A stretch of 64,000 nt of DNA from Fistulifera solaris (taxonomy: Eukaryota), in contig AP026142.1 in NCBI GenBank assembly GCA_030295235.1, positions 62,001-126,000 of the forward strand, read 5' to 3'. Positions 12,703-28,462 of this stretch are shown piece after piece; within the stretch, counting starts at the first letter, position 1; each line of letters starts with the position of its first letter. The notes under the pieces are model-generated. The model did no database searches and had not been told where the DNA came from. It worked only from the letters and a program-made list of their open reading frames with translations. Both the position numbers and the translations under genes were made by a program.

Positions 12703-13503
12703 TTAGTAGACTTTTTTGGACAAAAAGTCCGTATGCTCCTGGAAGGGTGTCGGCAAGACGGCTGTTTCTTTCCACAATTCTGGAGACAAGTATCCATAGG
12801 TAGCCTTGAGGGCAAAGAAGAGGGCCTTGATAAAGTTACCCATGGTACGCGAGTGACCCCTTGTACTGGTGTAACAATCATCGACACCAGCCATGTGCAA
12901 CAATTTCTTGCCAGCAGGAGACGACACGAGACCTGTACCACGCGGGGCCGGAATCAATCGGACGCGGACCGAACCACACTGTCCGGTGACTTTGCAAGGG
13001 ACAGTATGGGGCAAACCACCCTTACGACCCCAGTATCCACGACGGACGGGTGTCAAGTTGAGTTTGGCCGCCATGATGGCACCACGAATGGCATTGGCGA
13101 CTTCGGAAGCACACTTGACACCCAAACCAATGTGTCCGGCATTGTCTCCTAGTGCGACGAATGCCTTGAAACGCGTGCGTTGACCGGCACTGCTTTGTTT
13201 CTGGACGGGCATGATTTTCATGACTTCATCTTGCAATTTGTCCTTGAGGAAGTAATCAATGATTTCGGTTTCTTTGACCGGCAACGAAAAAAGAAAGATT
13301 TCTTCAAGACTACCGATTTTACCTTCTTTCACCAGACGTCCGAGTTTGGTGACAGGAACCCAAACATTTTCTTCACTGCGACCACCACCACTGCGACCAC
13401 CACCACGGCCTCCACCGCGTCCTCCACGTCCACGGCCACGACCACCGCCGCGTCCAAATCCTCCTCGTCCTCCTCCTCCTTCTCTCGGTGCTTCGTCGGC
13501 CAT
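12703..13503 (-). CDS. RPS2: 40S ribosomal protein S2 (uS5)
   Basis: RGG-rich N-terminus, [41 protein letters not shown]. Confidence 0.97.
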   Translation of the reverse strand: MADEAPREGGGGRGGFGRGGGRGRGRGGRGGGRGGGRSGGGRSEENVWVPVTKLGRLVKEGKIGSLEEIFLFSLPVKETEIIDYFLKDKLQDEVMKIMPVQKQSSAGQRTRFKAFVALGDNAGHIGLGVKCASEVANAIRGAIMAAKLNLTPVRRGYWGRKGGLPHTVPCKVTGQCGSVRVRLIPAPRGTGLVSSPAGKKLLHMAGVDDCYTSTRGHSRTMGNFIKALFFALKATYGYLSPELWKETAVLPTPFQEHTDFLSKKVY

Positions 13504-14437
13504 CTTCTTCTTCTTGTTGTTGTTGTTGTTGTTGTTGAATTGGTGGCAAGCGAGTGCGTGCGAAAAAAATTGTGTGAGGAAATAAGGGGAGACGAGGGGA
13601 TTGTTTTGTGAGTAAAACGGTAAGTGGTAGATGGAGGATGGACGGACGACGAACCACGAGGCCGCCGCAAGCAAGGACAGACGGACAACCTATTATCCGG
13701 CATTATCCGGCATTCATTCAAATCGGTCACGGTACATTTTGTTTCGATACAGCAACAAGTCCGTTGCTGACGGAACATTCTCTCTTTGTAAGACAATGAA
13801 TGATCTGACGGACCGCCACTGAAAACGAATGCATTTTTCATAGAACGACCAACACCAAGAAGATAGGACAACAATACGGAGCGTGTCATTTCCATTTCGT
13901 CCTCTTCTTTATTACTCCGTAACTAATAATCATCTATCTGACTCAATATTGAAAGAAGAAGAATGAAATACAAAGGACCGGAAATCTTTCAAAGCAAAGC
14001 CGAAATTATATTACATTTGCTAACGAGCGAACCGCACGTCGATTTGTGGAAATTGCGTGAATTGGCGTTGAGTGATGGCGGTTTAGTCAATGGTGCGTTC
14101 GTTCCTTTTATTTGAGTAGTAGTTGTAGTAGTCGTAGTAGTAGTAGTAGTAGTCGTTGAAGTACGTTTGTTTGTGACTTGTGTTGTGCATACGAATGGGT
14201 TGCTGTATTTCTCTTATACATACAGGTGTTGTCATTCGCATATCTTCACATCTGGCATCATTCACATCCTACAATTCGTTTCTTTCCTTTCCTTTCCTTT
14301 CTTTTCGTGTCTGACTCTTCTCTCTCTTTACAGACGAAATTCGTTGCCTCGCGTGGCCCAAATTAGTCGGATTACACGATCGTCTCTTTTCTTCAACAAC
14401 AGAAGAAGAAGAAGACAAAACGAAGCATCATCACAAG

Positions 14438-16944
<2,507 letters not shown>

Positions 16945-17861
16945 TGTGTGAATTTGATTTTGTAAATTTGAAAAGGATACATAAATCCGCGTGAAAGAAC
17001 CATAACGAATATATATGATTGCGTGGGGGCTTCTAATTACGCCAAGATGGAAAGTCCCGGCAACACAAATTGGCAAATGAGTGTTCGCATACGCTTTACT
17101 TGCTCAATCTACTTTCGGTTCTCAATTGTAATACCTGGTACACGCGACGCGAGATGAACCATCGACTCGTTGTTTTCACTAGTCTGCATCTCCCTTCATG
17201 TCGGAAATGCTGACGGATCGTTGTGTTCCGTATGGTACTATAGCTATAGACATAATCCGGGGACGGCTCTTGACCACGACTGCATTTCAGTCATGAAACA
17301 ATATTGAGACTGCTACTGTACGGAACCTTCGTTCGTTTTGACATGGTCGTTGAAACATATTTTGTTTATTCCAATACGTAAATCTTTAGCAGCATTTTGC
17401 AATCCATGTATCGACCCGGAACGTCGATGCAACTTGTGCATCAATGTCTTTTGCATTTACTATATGTCCAAAGTGTTTCCCGTTTTTCGGCACGACAGTC
17501 GTTCTATTAAAAACCAATAGTCTGCCAAGTCAAATTGGCTGGGGATCATTATGATAGCTAAAGCTTGCTATAATTGCGTCTCCGCAATGCATTTGCCATT
17601 CTTGGCAATGCGTGCTTCAATGATGATTCATCACGTCGACCAGGATAATGTGATGGTTGCATGGACAGTGACTCGGCTCAATTTGAGTCTTGTCATGTGC
17701 CCCCTCGTTCGCTAGAGGCGACGTTATTGCTGCAGAACTTTGTATGATGTTGTTGTTGCTGTTGTTCTACTCGAAATAATATACTGTTCCTTGTTGTTTT
17801 TCATTATACTTTCTATTCATCAATGTATCTGCCGGTAATAATATAAAACAAACAAAAAACG

Positions 17862-20800
17862 ATGAAACCGTGGCAATGGGATTGGAAACACCCGCAATGG
17901 CATCATCGTAGCACGAGAGAAACCATCCTTGCAGGAGAACTCATCGATCATGCGGCTGCTCATGTTTCTAGAAAGGAAATTCCGGCGTCTTTTGATCCTG
18001 CTTCTCTGAATTTCGTGAATGATAGCGACGTAGTCTTGACGGTTTCATTGCTGCGACAACCGCCGTCGACGTTTGTTTTAAACATTACCATTCTGCGACA
18101 CGATGCGACCGCTGGAACTTCGCGATCCTTGACGTGGCCGTCTTCCTTGTTGCAAGAAAACGACAACAATTCTTCTTCGTTCTGGTCGTTCGGATGGCGT
18201 CCACAGAAGCAACATTCCATCATGGCCGTCTGTCTTTGTCGATTAACATCCGACAAGGATCCAGAAGTTTGGCTTATTTTGAATGCATTGTCTCTCGTAT
18301 CTGCCCCGCACGAACTCGCCACCACCAAGCACACAGAATTGCGCCTTTTGTGTCTCGCAAGCAATGGCATCGTATACATGTACGATCCCTGGTTGTTGTT
18401 ATTGAGCGTCAAAACAACACCGCAGGACGACGACATCGACTTACAGGACGGGATGGTGTCGTTTTTATTGGTGAGGCCTTGTTGCAAACATTGCAACAAT
18501 CCATGTTTCCCCCTCAGTCAACCGCTGCGGACGTGGTCTCTGATGATAGAAAGCAACAATAAGGCTTCAATACAACTACATAAGGCGGTCGTCGTTTGGG
18601 ATTCGTTGTTGTGTGTTTGGGGAAGTGACGTGGCGAGCAACGCCGGTTTCATTGAGTTTACTTCCTTACGGACGTTTTCGACCTTACGGACTGTGTCGCT
18701 CGAATTTGTGCCACTTCATCTGACTCCTGTATTGTGGAAGGATCAAGAATGGGTCATGGTAGTAGGAGACAGGCAAACGGTGCTGATACGGACGGATGCG
18801 GCGACTAAGGAAAAGAAAGAAAATGAGGATACCGTCGAGGTGGATCGATTTCAAATGCTATGCATCGATTTGGGAATGTCGATGGATACTACTTATTCGT
18901 CATGTCAAATTGTCGGCTGGGGTATGCGATCCAAGGAGGATCCAGTCCTTGCCATTTGTTGTGTCGAGGGAACGGTGGTGCGGATCTGGACCAGAACGCT
19001 GACTACGATCCGGTTTGCGGAAGAAGGTACACCCGTCGTGATGACTCGGGAAACTCGTGCGCCGTTTACCCAGTTTCAATTACCCAATCTCAAGACTTCC
19101 CCAACTACAACGCCACGATTTCACATGGGGCCGGGATGGATTCTCATGGTGGGATCTGCGGGCGTCTACTTGGTTTGTTTGGAGGGAGCCACGTCGAATG
19201 GTGGAGCTTATGTGCAACGATTGTCGACAGAAGCGATGGATGGAAGTCAAGTAATGGATATAGCGCCACTTTCACCGGACGATGAAGATGTAAAGCACTT
19301 TGATCTCAAGTTGTCTTCGAATCATCCTCTCTCAAGAACTGGAAAAGAACTTAACTGGCTCGAAGGAGACGTTGGCGGTTCGTCGTTGCATGACTCGATT
19401 GTAGAAGCCCTGAATGATCTTCCCAGCAATGCTGCTGCGTTGAGAAATGATAAAAACGATTCCGATTCACCAAAAATCACTACGACGTCTAAGGAACGAG
19501 TACAGCGGCTCTTACGACATTGCTCTAGTTGGAAGCAGTTGGATGAAAAGGATGCGGCTCGACAGCGATATTTTGAACGACAAATGCCTTGTGTATCTGT
19601 CGGATCACAACACGTTGTTTCGTTTCGCCAAAGTTCGACTGACTTGAAGACGCGAGTACCGTTTCAAAGTGTGCTTTCATGGCTGTCCGATAGGGAGGAT
19701 TACTTCACTGCCGCGAGTTTGGCGTTGTGTCTCCTAAACGATGTTCGTACTCTACGCCACTTATGGAAATGCTTTGACAAGGCTGAGAATGAAGACGATC
19801 TGTCAACTTTGGAAGGCTTGTTGGACGGCATCTTGCCGCTATCAGACAACGAAAAGGATGGAGGTAATGCGAGCGGAAGCAATACTCAATCCCAGTTGGC
19901 GGATATGGCCATTGGATGTCTCATCAAGGGCGGAGTGGACATGTCATCGACACTGACACTATTTCTGGCTACCAGTCACGATTATGATCCGTCTCGTATC
20001 TGCCTAATGCTTGCTGCTGCAATATCTTCGTCATGTTCGGCATGGAAAGACAGGGCGCAAGATGCACTGCAGCAAAATGACATGGAACAGAGTTTGTGGC
20101 CCGTGCGAGCCCTTCTAGAAGTGGGAAACTCTCGTGATTGCCTATCGACAGCCATTTTATTGCTAAATGCTATTATACCGGACGAGCTGCGGTGCCGAAC
20201 GTCTACGGAGAGCAACACCACGCCCTCAATGGAACTGTGTCAGGCCCTAGTTCATTTGATTGTGACTCTTTCAGACGCAGCCACACAGATGTTAATCGAT
20301 ATGACTGATGAACAATCGCAGAAAACCTTTTGGGAATCACTGGATGATTCGACGAGACAAGAATTGGCTTTGATTGAGGAGAAAGGAAAGTTTCCTTTGT
20401 TGAGGCAAGTGCAGGTTCGTTCGTGGGCGACGGCTCATCTTTCCTTATTGATAGAACATCTGGCATCGGCAGAGGTCATTTCGATAGAATGGTGAGACGA
20501 CTCGCAATTTGCTCGTTATTAAATGCTGATTGTCCTTTGGCCCAGCAAAGGGAGATCTGTCGCTTGGAGGCCAGGACCAAACCAACGACACCTTGCTACG
20601 ATACAAGCAGCACGTTTTGCAATTGCGTAAAGATCTAGTTGCAGCGCCAGGTAGCGGTGGGTTAGATGTTGATCTTTTGATCCCTTGTTTACTCATATTG
20701 ACAACCAAGAACGAGCCTCTTTTCCCGGCGTCTTCGTATTCAACGCAATCAATTTTGAATGCTGCTTCTCATTTTGCAGGACGTCGGAATACGGAAGCAC

Positions 20801-21614
20801 CCTTATTTCCGATGAACGCGGTAGTTCTGATGCGCGAGTGCTTTCTCGCTGATAATATATTGGCGGGTGCGCACTTTATTGGTGGCAGAGACGGCCTGGT
20901 TTTACAATGTTGTCATGTATTGATGGGCTGCCTGGATAATTTCAGCATGACGGACGCCGAGCAGTTTGTTCTGGCGACGTCGACGTCGTCTCTTTGCATT
21001 TTGAAACAAGTCCAACGCGTTCATCGGCTATAAATCTGAGCGAATCGCATTGCGCGTTACTGTTTCTGTTGGAAGAACACGTGTTGTCAATCCGAAAATA
21101 TGGCGATTTTGATACCGCTCACAGTCGCGAAAAGGTCGATCCTGAGTTCGCCGCTCGTGCCATCTTGCGTACTTGGTGGCGTACCTTTACTTGTACAAAT
21201 TCGATTTCTTCAGAATGGCTTATGGAATGGCTGGATGATGGATTGCAGTTAGGGCTCAAGAATCGTGCGACGACAAGTCCGTACCGGCTGGCATGTGCTG
21301 CACTGATTCGAGTGTTGCTGTGGTCCGACGAGGACAATACTCCTTCCTTGGCGACACTATTGGGGTTTTCAAATGACTTTTTGGTGCGTTTGTCCTTGTC
21401 CTGCTGTGGGTTGGTAGAAGCTTTACCAGCTTCTGTCATGGAAAAGAGCTGGAAGCAACATCATTATTATTCGACTAGTACTTCGAATTTCAAAGGGCAA
21501 CGCTCTGAAAGTCCTCCATGTAGTCCCATAACTACCCCTTCGAGGATGACCAGCGATGGCGGCATGGATGATATTAGTTTTCAAAGTGCTGTTTCATCGT
21601 TGGATATGATGTGA
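17862..21614 (+). CDS. Large hypothetical protein (~1200 aa); probable intron near 20492-20545 and frameshift near 21010
   Basis: 877-codon ORF continued by 167- and 206-codon ORFs; donor GTGAGA and acceptor CCCAG; no family recognised. Confidence 0.7.
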
Positions 21615-21888
21615 AGAGAATCAAGTTCCTCATGACTAAAATACCTTGCAACATGAATGCTTCGCTCATGGATGACCCAAACGTCAGTCACGATGCGGTG
21701 TAATGCCTTGTCAATAATACATTACTGTACCAGGTACCTGGTACCACATCAAAGTTTTCGTTGTCCAATTAGAGTAAAAAACTCAGGTGAACCGAAGTGA
21801 GCATTGTTTGCAAACTGGAGTCTCTTTTGTAGGGTCGATGAGTATGTTCAAAAGATAGACTGTGATTTTGAATCATACAATTCCATCA

Positions 21889-22443
21889 ATGACAATGGAT
21901 AGTAAAAGAATTGTCATCCATGTGGATGTAGGAGGAACGCTGTATAAGGTATCGCGTCAGACCCTCCAACAGCACAGAGATTCTCTGCTCGCGCGCCTCG
22001 TGTCGAATACTTGCGAAGGAGAAAAGGCGGATGAACCCATTTTTATTGATCGCAACGGTCGCTTGTTTGAGTATATCCTTGATTACTTAAGAACGGAGCG
22101 GGTATACCTACCGTTCTCTGTGAGCCGGGATGCAATAAAGGAAGAATTTGTATTCTACGGGATTGGCGTGGATATGAGGAAAGTGCATCGAACTACTGAT
22201 ACTGCGGACTTGGAAATGCTTGATGCGAAAACTGAAGCAATTCGAGTTCAAAGACTTGTTCATCGGACGATGGTTGTTATTGAACGTGAATTCATGAAAC
22301 AGGGGTATTATCCTTGCAGCCCAACGATACTGCTACCACAGGCAGAATTCTTGCAGCTTTCTGAACATGAAGCTTTGCTTCAAGAGCAATTACTCAAAAG
22401 AGGTATGAAGCTTGTCAATCTGAGAATGGGAAGTTGGCGGTAA
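21889..22443 (+). CDS. KCTD-type BTB/POZ protein (outlying copy)
   Basis: IHVDVGGTLYKVSRQTL, PIFIDRNGRLFEYILDYLR, EFVFYGI; C-terminal LLQEQLLKRGM. Confidence 0.88.
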   Translation: MTMDSKRIVIHVDVGGTLYKVSRQTLQQHRDSLLARLVSNTCEGEKADEPIFIDRNGRLFEYILDYLRTERVYLPFSVSRDAIKEEFVFYGIGVDMRKVHRTTDTADLEMLDAKTEAIRVQRLVHRTMVVIEREFMKQGYYPCSPTILLPQAEFLQLSEHEALLQEQLLKRGMKLVNLRMGSWR

Positions 22444-23459
22444 ATTGCCGCCATACATCCAAGTAAAGAGAGCATAAACTGATGGTGCTGGTCTCAAGGA
22501 AACATAAAACTTGCCCAAAGGCGAAAGATTTGATTTGTTACATTATGGTGTACTCCGAATCTACGAGGCAACATAGTTACTAGTACTAATACCTCTCTTG
22601 ATTTTAGGTCTCGCATTCAATTCGTTCGGTGCAGGTTTCATGTATCATCTAAGAAGTCGCATGAATCTGTTTAACGCAAAAAGCTAGTGTTTATCCGCTG
22701 AATTTGGGTCACATCTCGACACCTTGCTCGACACATCAAAAATAGCTCAACGCGTGACGAAAACCTTCAACACGGACTATCGCCCCCACCTCATCATGAT
22801 CGCGCGCCTTGCGAACATTTTCATTATTTTATTCGCCCTGTATTCAGGTGAAAAGACGGAGGACCGGAATGGCAAAAGGGGCGGTGACGTTTGTTCGCAG
22901 AGGAACGAACGAAATTTATTCATACCTGCATTGATCTGCAAGCTTTTTTTTCAGTTGTAGATCCATAGCTCACAACTCTAGTTTTCAAAGGGTTTGTAAA
23001 AAAACGGAGTAGAGATTTTGTTTCATGACTGAAATTCAGTAGTCACGCAAAAGGTCGCCTGCAGTATGGCCTATAGTCATGCTACAAAATGCGGCTAAGT
23101 CGCCAAGTCGGGAAGCATTTTTGATGCAATTTCATCGAACATGCGTTGCAAGCGAGCAAGCAATGAATATAATATCATCATTGCGAGGAACGGTAACAAA
23201 GTTTTTGATTCAACCTTTTTGAGCCTTGAAGGAAATCCGGTCTTGTCGAGGTTCGGTACTCGGTACGGTACCGTACCCTTTTCCGTACGACAGACAAGCA
23301 AGCGTTCCGCATCGCCATCAACATAATAAACATGGAAGGCAAAAATAATAAAGAAGAAATCGTTCAGAGTTGCTAGGAATAATTCTTTGAAATTGTCGTT
23401 CTTTTTTGTCAATCTTATTTTCTATGCACTCCGTTTAAAAAATTCAGTTGACGAGAAGG

Positions 23460-23677
23460 ATGAATCGGTTATCAGTTTTATCTTGTGTAGCTTGGCTGAT
23501 ACTCTTTCAAAAACTACCACAATGTACAAATTCCTTATCGACATCACCCAAAGTTACCATTAGTAATAAACGCGTCGTCAAATCCGCCGCCATTCATCGG
23601 AACGAACGTCGCAAGAATCCTGCCTTGTGGCGTCTCGAACATGTCGACGACAAAGAGACTACAACTGCTGTAACCTT

Positions 23678-23708
<31 letters not shown>

Positions 23709-26449
23709 CGCAACCAACGCCCACCCCTCATCATGGCCCCCGCCGGTGGTTGGCCCCAATTGCGCGCGGCGGTCGCGAATGGTGCCGATGCCGTCTATGT
23801 GGGATTGTCGGCCTTTTCGGCCCGGGCACGGGCGACCAATTTCGATGCCTGGCAACTAAACGAAGCCGTAAAATACTGTCATCAATACGACGTGCATTTG
23901 TACGTCGCCTTGAACACCTTGGTCTTTCAACACGAATTCGTCGAACTCATCGACTGGATCCGCGTGTGTGAACAAGCTCAAGTCGATGCGGTAATTGTAC
24001 AAGACATTGGTTTAATGAAACTGATACAAGCCGTGGCGCCTGCTCTCAAGTTGCATGCTTCGACGCAACAAACCGTCTCGGATGCAAATGGGGTCGCCTT
24101 TGCGGCTCAACAGGGCACCACCCGTATTGTCCTGGGACGCGAACTCAGTGTGAACGAGATCCATCAAATTGCGCATCAAACTATGGATGGCACGGAACTC
24201 GAAGTTTTTGTCCACGGGGCATTGTGTGTCAGTTATTCGGGACAATGTTTCAGTAGTGAATTTCAAGGGGGTCGGAGTGCGAATCGGGGACAATGTGCAC
24301 AAGCCTGTCGTTTGCCGTACGGGTTGGTCGTCGATGGGGAATGGCACGATCTGGTGGAATCGTATTTGTTGAGTCCGCAAGATTTGTGTGGTATCCAACA
24401 TATTCCGCAATTGTTGCATTCCGTGTCTTGTTTGAAAATTGAAGGACGATTGAAGGATGCGGCGTATGTCGCGGCAACGACACGGGCGTATCGACAAGCC
24501 GTCGATCAGGCGTGGCAAGAAAGTATGGAAAAAGATGACTCGACAATCAATTATTATAGAGCACCACGACAATTGCAACATGCCGACACCAGTGTGGATC
24601 GGACAACATTGGTGCAATTGTTTTCACGAGGACAGGATGGGCAACACGATGGATTGACATCCGGCTTTTTTCAAGGTTCGCGACATCAAGAATTGGTGAT
24701 TGGGAAATCACCACGACATCGGGGTGTTTATATTGGCAAAGTCGTACAGTGCAATCCGAAAACGGGGGTTATTCAAGTGCAAGTCGACAATGAGGCTAGC
24801 ATACAATTGAAACGAGGAGATGGCATCGTTATTGATCGTGGACTAGCGGAATTAGAAGAATTGGGTGGTCCTATCTACGAAATTGGCCAGGATGATCACG
24901 ATGAAACGATGAGTTACATTCAATTCAGTCATAAGACCAAAGTGACGACCGAATTGGTGCCGCCAGGTGCTTTAATTTGGCGGACCCACGATGCGGTGTT
25001 GGAACAACAAATGCAAAAATGGTGCAGGCAGAGCCGCCAAAACGGACTGTATTGTTGCAAGTAGAAGCTCGCAAGGATCAACCGTTGCGTATCACCGTTA
25101 CTTTGCCTTCACTAGATGGAGATAAATCAATCACCGCGGTGGCCGAGTCTGAAATGGTCTTGGTATCAGCGTCTCGAACAGCACTGTCAAAAGAAGCAAT
25201 ACAAAAAGCCGTCGGAACGTTGGGAAACACTCCATTTGCTTTGGCGGAACACGGCGCAATGAACATTGAATTAGAAGACGACCTATGGTGTCCTGTTTCG
25301 GCAATCAAGGAAACGAGACGGAAAGCAATCCAAAATTTACAAGACGAATTGGATGCGAAGAGTGGTTCGGCGAACGCAAAGTTAACTTCTCGGCAAGAAG
25401 ATAGATCTACGTCGTCGTCCAAACACATCATTTCGCAGCTCATGGATCAAATGAAACCTTCGGCAGCAGCATCGTTGCAACCGCAGCGAAACATGGCCTT
25501 GTCCGTTTTGTGTCGTAGTCTGGAACAAGTGGACGTTTTGTGTGATATGATTGAGAATGACGAATCAGCAATTGTTGATGAAATCATTATTGACTTTTTA
25601 GAAGTACAAGGGATGCAGGACGCAATGGAACGCATCCAACTAGTTACAAAGAGAACAATCCGCATCGTTTTGGCCTCGCCTCGTATTCTGAAACCAGCCG
25701 AAGATGGTATCTGGAAGACTTTATTATCGTTACGGCCAGATGCATTGCTGGTCCGCTCGCCGGGTCTCCTTTATCGAATGCAACAACTTCAGAAAGTTGG
25801 ACAAGTCGAAATAAATGGCGAAATGATTCCGATTCCTCCCCTGTTTGGTGATTTTTCTTTAAATGTGGCGAATCCTTTGACAGCGTTCGAATTTTTACAA
25901 CAAGGACTGGAACGTATCGCTCCTACGTACGATTTAAATGCTCGGGCCATTTCAGCTCTTGCGCGTACCATGGCGTCGCCTCAGCAACTTGAAGTGGTCG
26001 CGCATGCCAAATTGCCGACGTTTCATACGGAACACTGTGTATTTGCTCGATTCTTATCCAAGGGCAACTCGTATCAAGATTGTGGGCACGTTTGTACCAG
26101 ACACAGCGTTCATTTGAGGGATGGTAATACGGGGGCAGATCAGCTCGTGCTGGCGGACATGGGATGTCGAAATACAGTCTTTTCAGCAGAAGCACAGTCG
26201 GGAGTTCATTCGTTAAAAGAATGGCATCAAGCGGGAGTCGGACGTGTCCGTATTGAGCTTGTCGATGAATGTCTAGAGGATATTCGAAGGATGATTACCG
26301 GTTACGAACAAGTTCTAAATGGCACCTCCAAGCCAAGTATCACGTGGGAAATGCTACAGAATGTGCGTGATACCAACGGTCGCATTTCTGGTGTATCATT
26401 GGGGTCGTTGCGAAATCAAGTCGAACGGCGGGCCGGTGAATTGAAATGA
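23460..26449 (+). CDS. Long peptidase U32 family protein (RlhA-like with DUF3656-type C-terminal half), N-terminal signal peptide; frameshift near 25025
   Basis: APAGG, GADAVYVG, EVFVHGALCVSYSGQC, SANRGQCAQACR, LKIEGR; second half FHTEHCVF, CGHVC, DMGCRNTVF. Confidence 0.88.
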
Positions 26450-26904
26450 GGAAAGTTACGACCAAAGCTACTGCCCCAAAGCTATTCATCTTGATAAGAT
26501 TCAGGTCGTTTTGGCAATCGGGAGCTACACGACAATGGAGGTAAAGGTTTAAATGGGAATTCACCCCGTCGTCCTATATCTTCACGTCTCGCATCAAAAT
26601 TTGCCGCAGCTTTTGAATCGCATATTGCCAACAATATGCCATGAACAGATGAAACGACCAAAAAAGATTGTGAAATGATCTTGGGAGCGTTTAGTGCTAC
26701 TTACAATGCGCGTGATCGTTTTAAACGCGACACTGCTGACATCGCGAGAAGCGTTATCTTATGAAGGGGGATATATTTCTTGCGAAGTACGATGGGCCAG
26801 AACCTTAACGTCTTGACAGATCAAGTTTCTGCTATTCTTAACTTATGTGCATCAACGTAGTTGTCCGTAGCAAACACCCATCCACAAGCAAATAAAAAAT
26901 GTAA

Positions 26905-27456
26905 CTAGTTGCATTGCACAAGTACCAAGATGTGAACATGATCGATTCCTGGAAGTGATTGAAGGCGAGGCGGATTGACCCAGTGCAACATGTCTTGGAC
27001 AAGTAATTGTGACTGTAACTCATTCTTTGCTTTCAGAAGGTCTTCATCCGTACAAACAGCGCCTAACTTCCACAGTATCCAATGTTGAACGGAATCCTCG
27101 AAACAGTAAGGAAAATCATTGCGAGCAAGAGCCGTTCGCAGTGATGTTTTGCTGTCTGCCTCGTTTCGTACAACGCGCTTGAGACCTTCTTGTACTTCAG
27201 AGGGCAAATCAAATTTTGTACATAGCACATAATCCAGCATGGAGGCCCATTCTTGTTGCAAAGCCCGCTTACTCAGCTCGTATTCACGCTGTTGTGAAGC
27301 ACTCCGTGTCAGACGATCGAAATTTTGTTCGACAAGGACAATTTGTTGAATCTCTCTCCATTGCAATGGCGTTTCGCAGTAGCCATATTTTAGAGCAGGT
27401 AAAACGATATTGTCTGACTTCACATCATTAGATTTCAAGAACTCGTCATCAGCCAT
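26905..27456 (-). CDS. DUF3605 / N-acetylglucosamine-induced protein 1 (GIG1)-like
   Basis: LTRS, NDFPYCFEDSVQHWILW, WVNPPRLQSLPGIDHVHIL. Confidence 0.8.
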   Translation of the reverse strand: MADDEFLKSNDVKSDNIVLPALKYGYCETPLQWREIQQIVLVEQNFDRLTRSASQQREYELSKRALQQEWASMLDYVLCTKFDLPSEVQEGLKRVVRNEADSKTSLRTALARNDFPYCFEDSVQHWILWKLGAVCTDEDLLKAKNELQSQLLVQDMLHWVNPPRLQSLPGIDHVHILVLVQCN

Positions 27457-27622
27457 CCTATTCGAAATAACAGTAAAAAGACTCGCAATTGTGTGTCCTT
27501 GGAACAAACACAAAAAATACAGTGGCGATGTACGCGCAACAGACGGACGCTACAGTCTGATGCGATGCGATGATGACGTCTCACAATACTTGATCAATAC
27601 CGCTTTAATGTAGCGGAAACGA

Positions 27623-27747
27623 GAAAGCCTGCGTATCAACGACGTGTTTTGTGGGAGTCTTTCACGCTTTCACGTTTATTTGAAGAAACGCCACGTCAAT
27701 TTGCAGTCAATTTGCAGCATAGTCTCCCAAAATGACGCAAAACAAAC
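27623..27747 (+). repeat. BTB-associated module copy 1
   Basis: GAAAGCCTGCG...GAAACGCCACGT (27685)...AGTCTCCCAAAATGACGC; contains a short internal duplication of GTCAATTTGCA. Confidence 0.85.
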
Positions 27748-27749
27748 GC

Positions 27750-27986
27750 ATACCGCCCGTCGTCAACATTGTCGCTTTGAAAGACGAGTTTATGTACTAC
27801 GGGATCTCGGCGAATTGGGATAAATCGATTGTCAAGAATGTCGCCGATGATGACATGAAGGTTCAGAGCACTAGCGGCACCATCATCAAGTCATTCACTT
27901 TGGCTATGATTGGATGGAAGGTGGTCGGACTATTCGCAATCATGTATCGGAATTTCAATTCTGCTCGGGTGCTTCACAACAAGTAA
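27750..27986 (+). pseudogene. 5'-truncated BTB gene fragment
   Basis: IPPVVNIVALKDEFMYYGISA matches the end of the family BTB domain (e.g. LPSTVNIEAVKEEFEFYGIDA). Confidence 0.7.
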
Positions 27987-28253
27987 TAAGTCGCTGGTGT
28001 GTGTGGATCGGAGCAATTGACATTCGTCGTAGACGTAACGTGAATAGAAAATGTGATTGAATGTCGTCGTAGACGGAACACAGCACTCATTTTCGCCATT
28101 GGTATCCAGTTGTGTTTAACGCATTCATTTAGATTGTTTTATTGCGTGCTGATGAATGTTGAAAGCTGGATGGATTAGACATTGCACGGGACTCAGCTGC
28201 ATTTTGGTCGAGTGAGAAGGAGGCGTCCGTCGTCTCAAACTTTCCTCGGTGAT

Positions 28254-28462
28254 GCGGTACACATTAATTACGTCACTCACAGGGTGTATACAAGAAGAAG
28301 TAAACGAAAAGGAAAGCGTCCGTCTCATCGCGTCAGTTTGTGTGAGGCTTTCTCATTTTCAACGTTTTCAAGGAAACGCCACGTAAAATGAGACGAAAGT
28401 CTCCCAAAATGACGCAAAAGCTGAGAAAACTTGGACACCATGTGAGACAACGCCACGCGAGC
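28254..28462 (+). repeat. BTB-associated module copy 2 (palindrome 28330-28415)
   Basis: GCGGTAC...GCGTCAGTTTGTGTGAGGCTTTCTCATTTT...GAAACGCCACGTAAAATGAGACGAAAGTCTCCCAAAATGACGC...GGACAC...GCCACGCGAGC. Confidence 0.9.

Noticed and set aside
12619..13611. Long + strand ORFs over RPS2, and similar shadow ORFs over other genes
   Set aside because: Antisense shadows of real genes with no recognisable domains.
28330..28415. Canonical integron attC site
   Set aside because: No RYYYAAC...GTTRRRY ends, and the recombinase is Crypton-like rather than IntI-like; only the general architecture is analogous.
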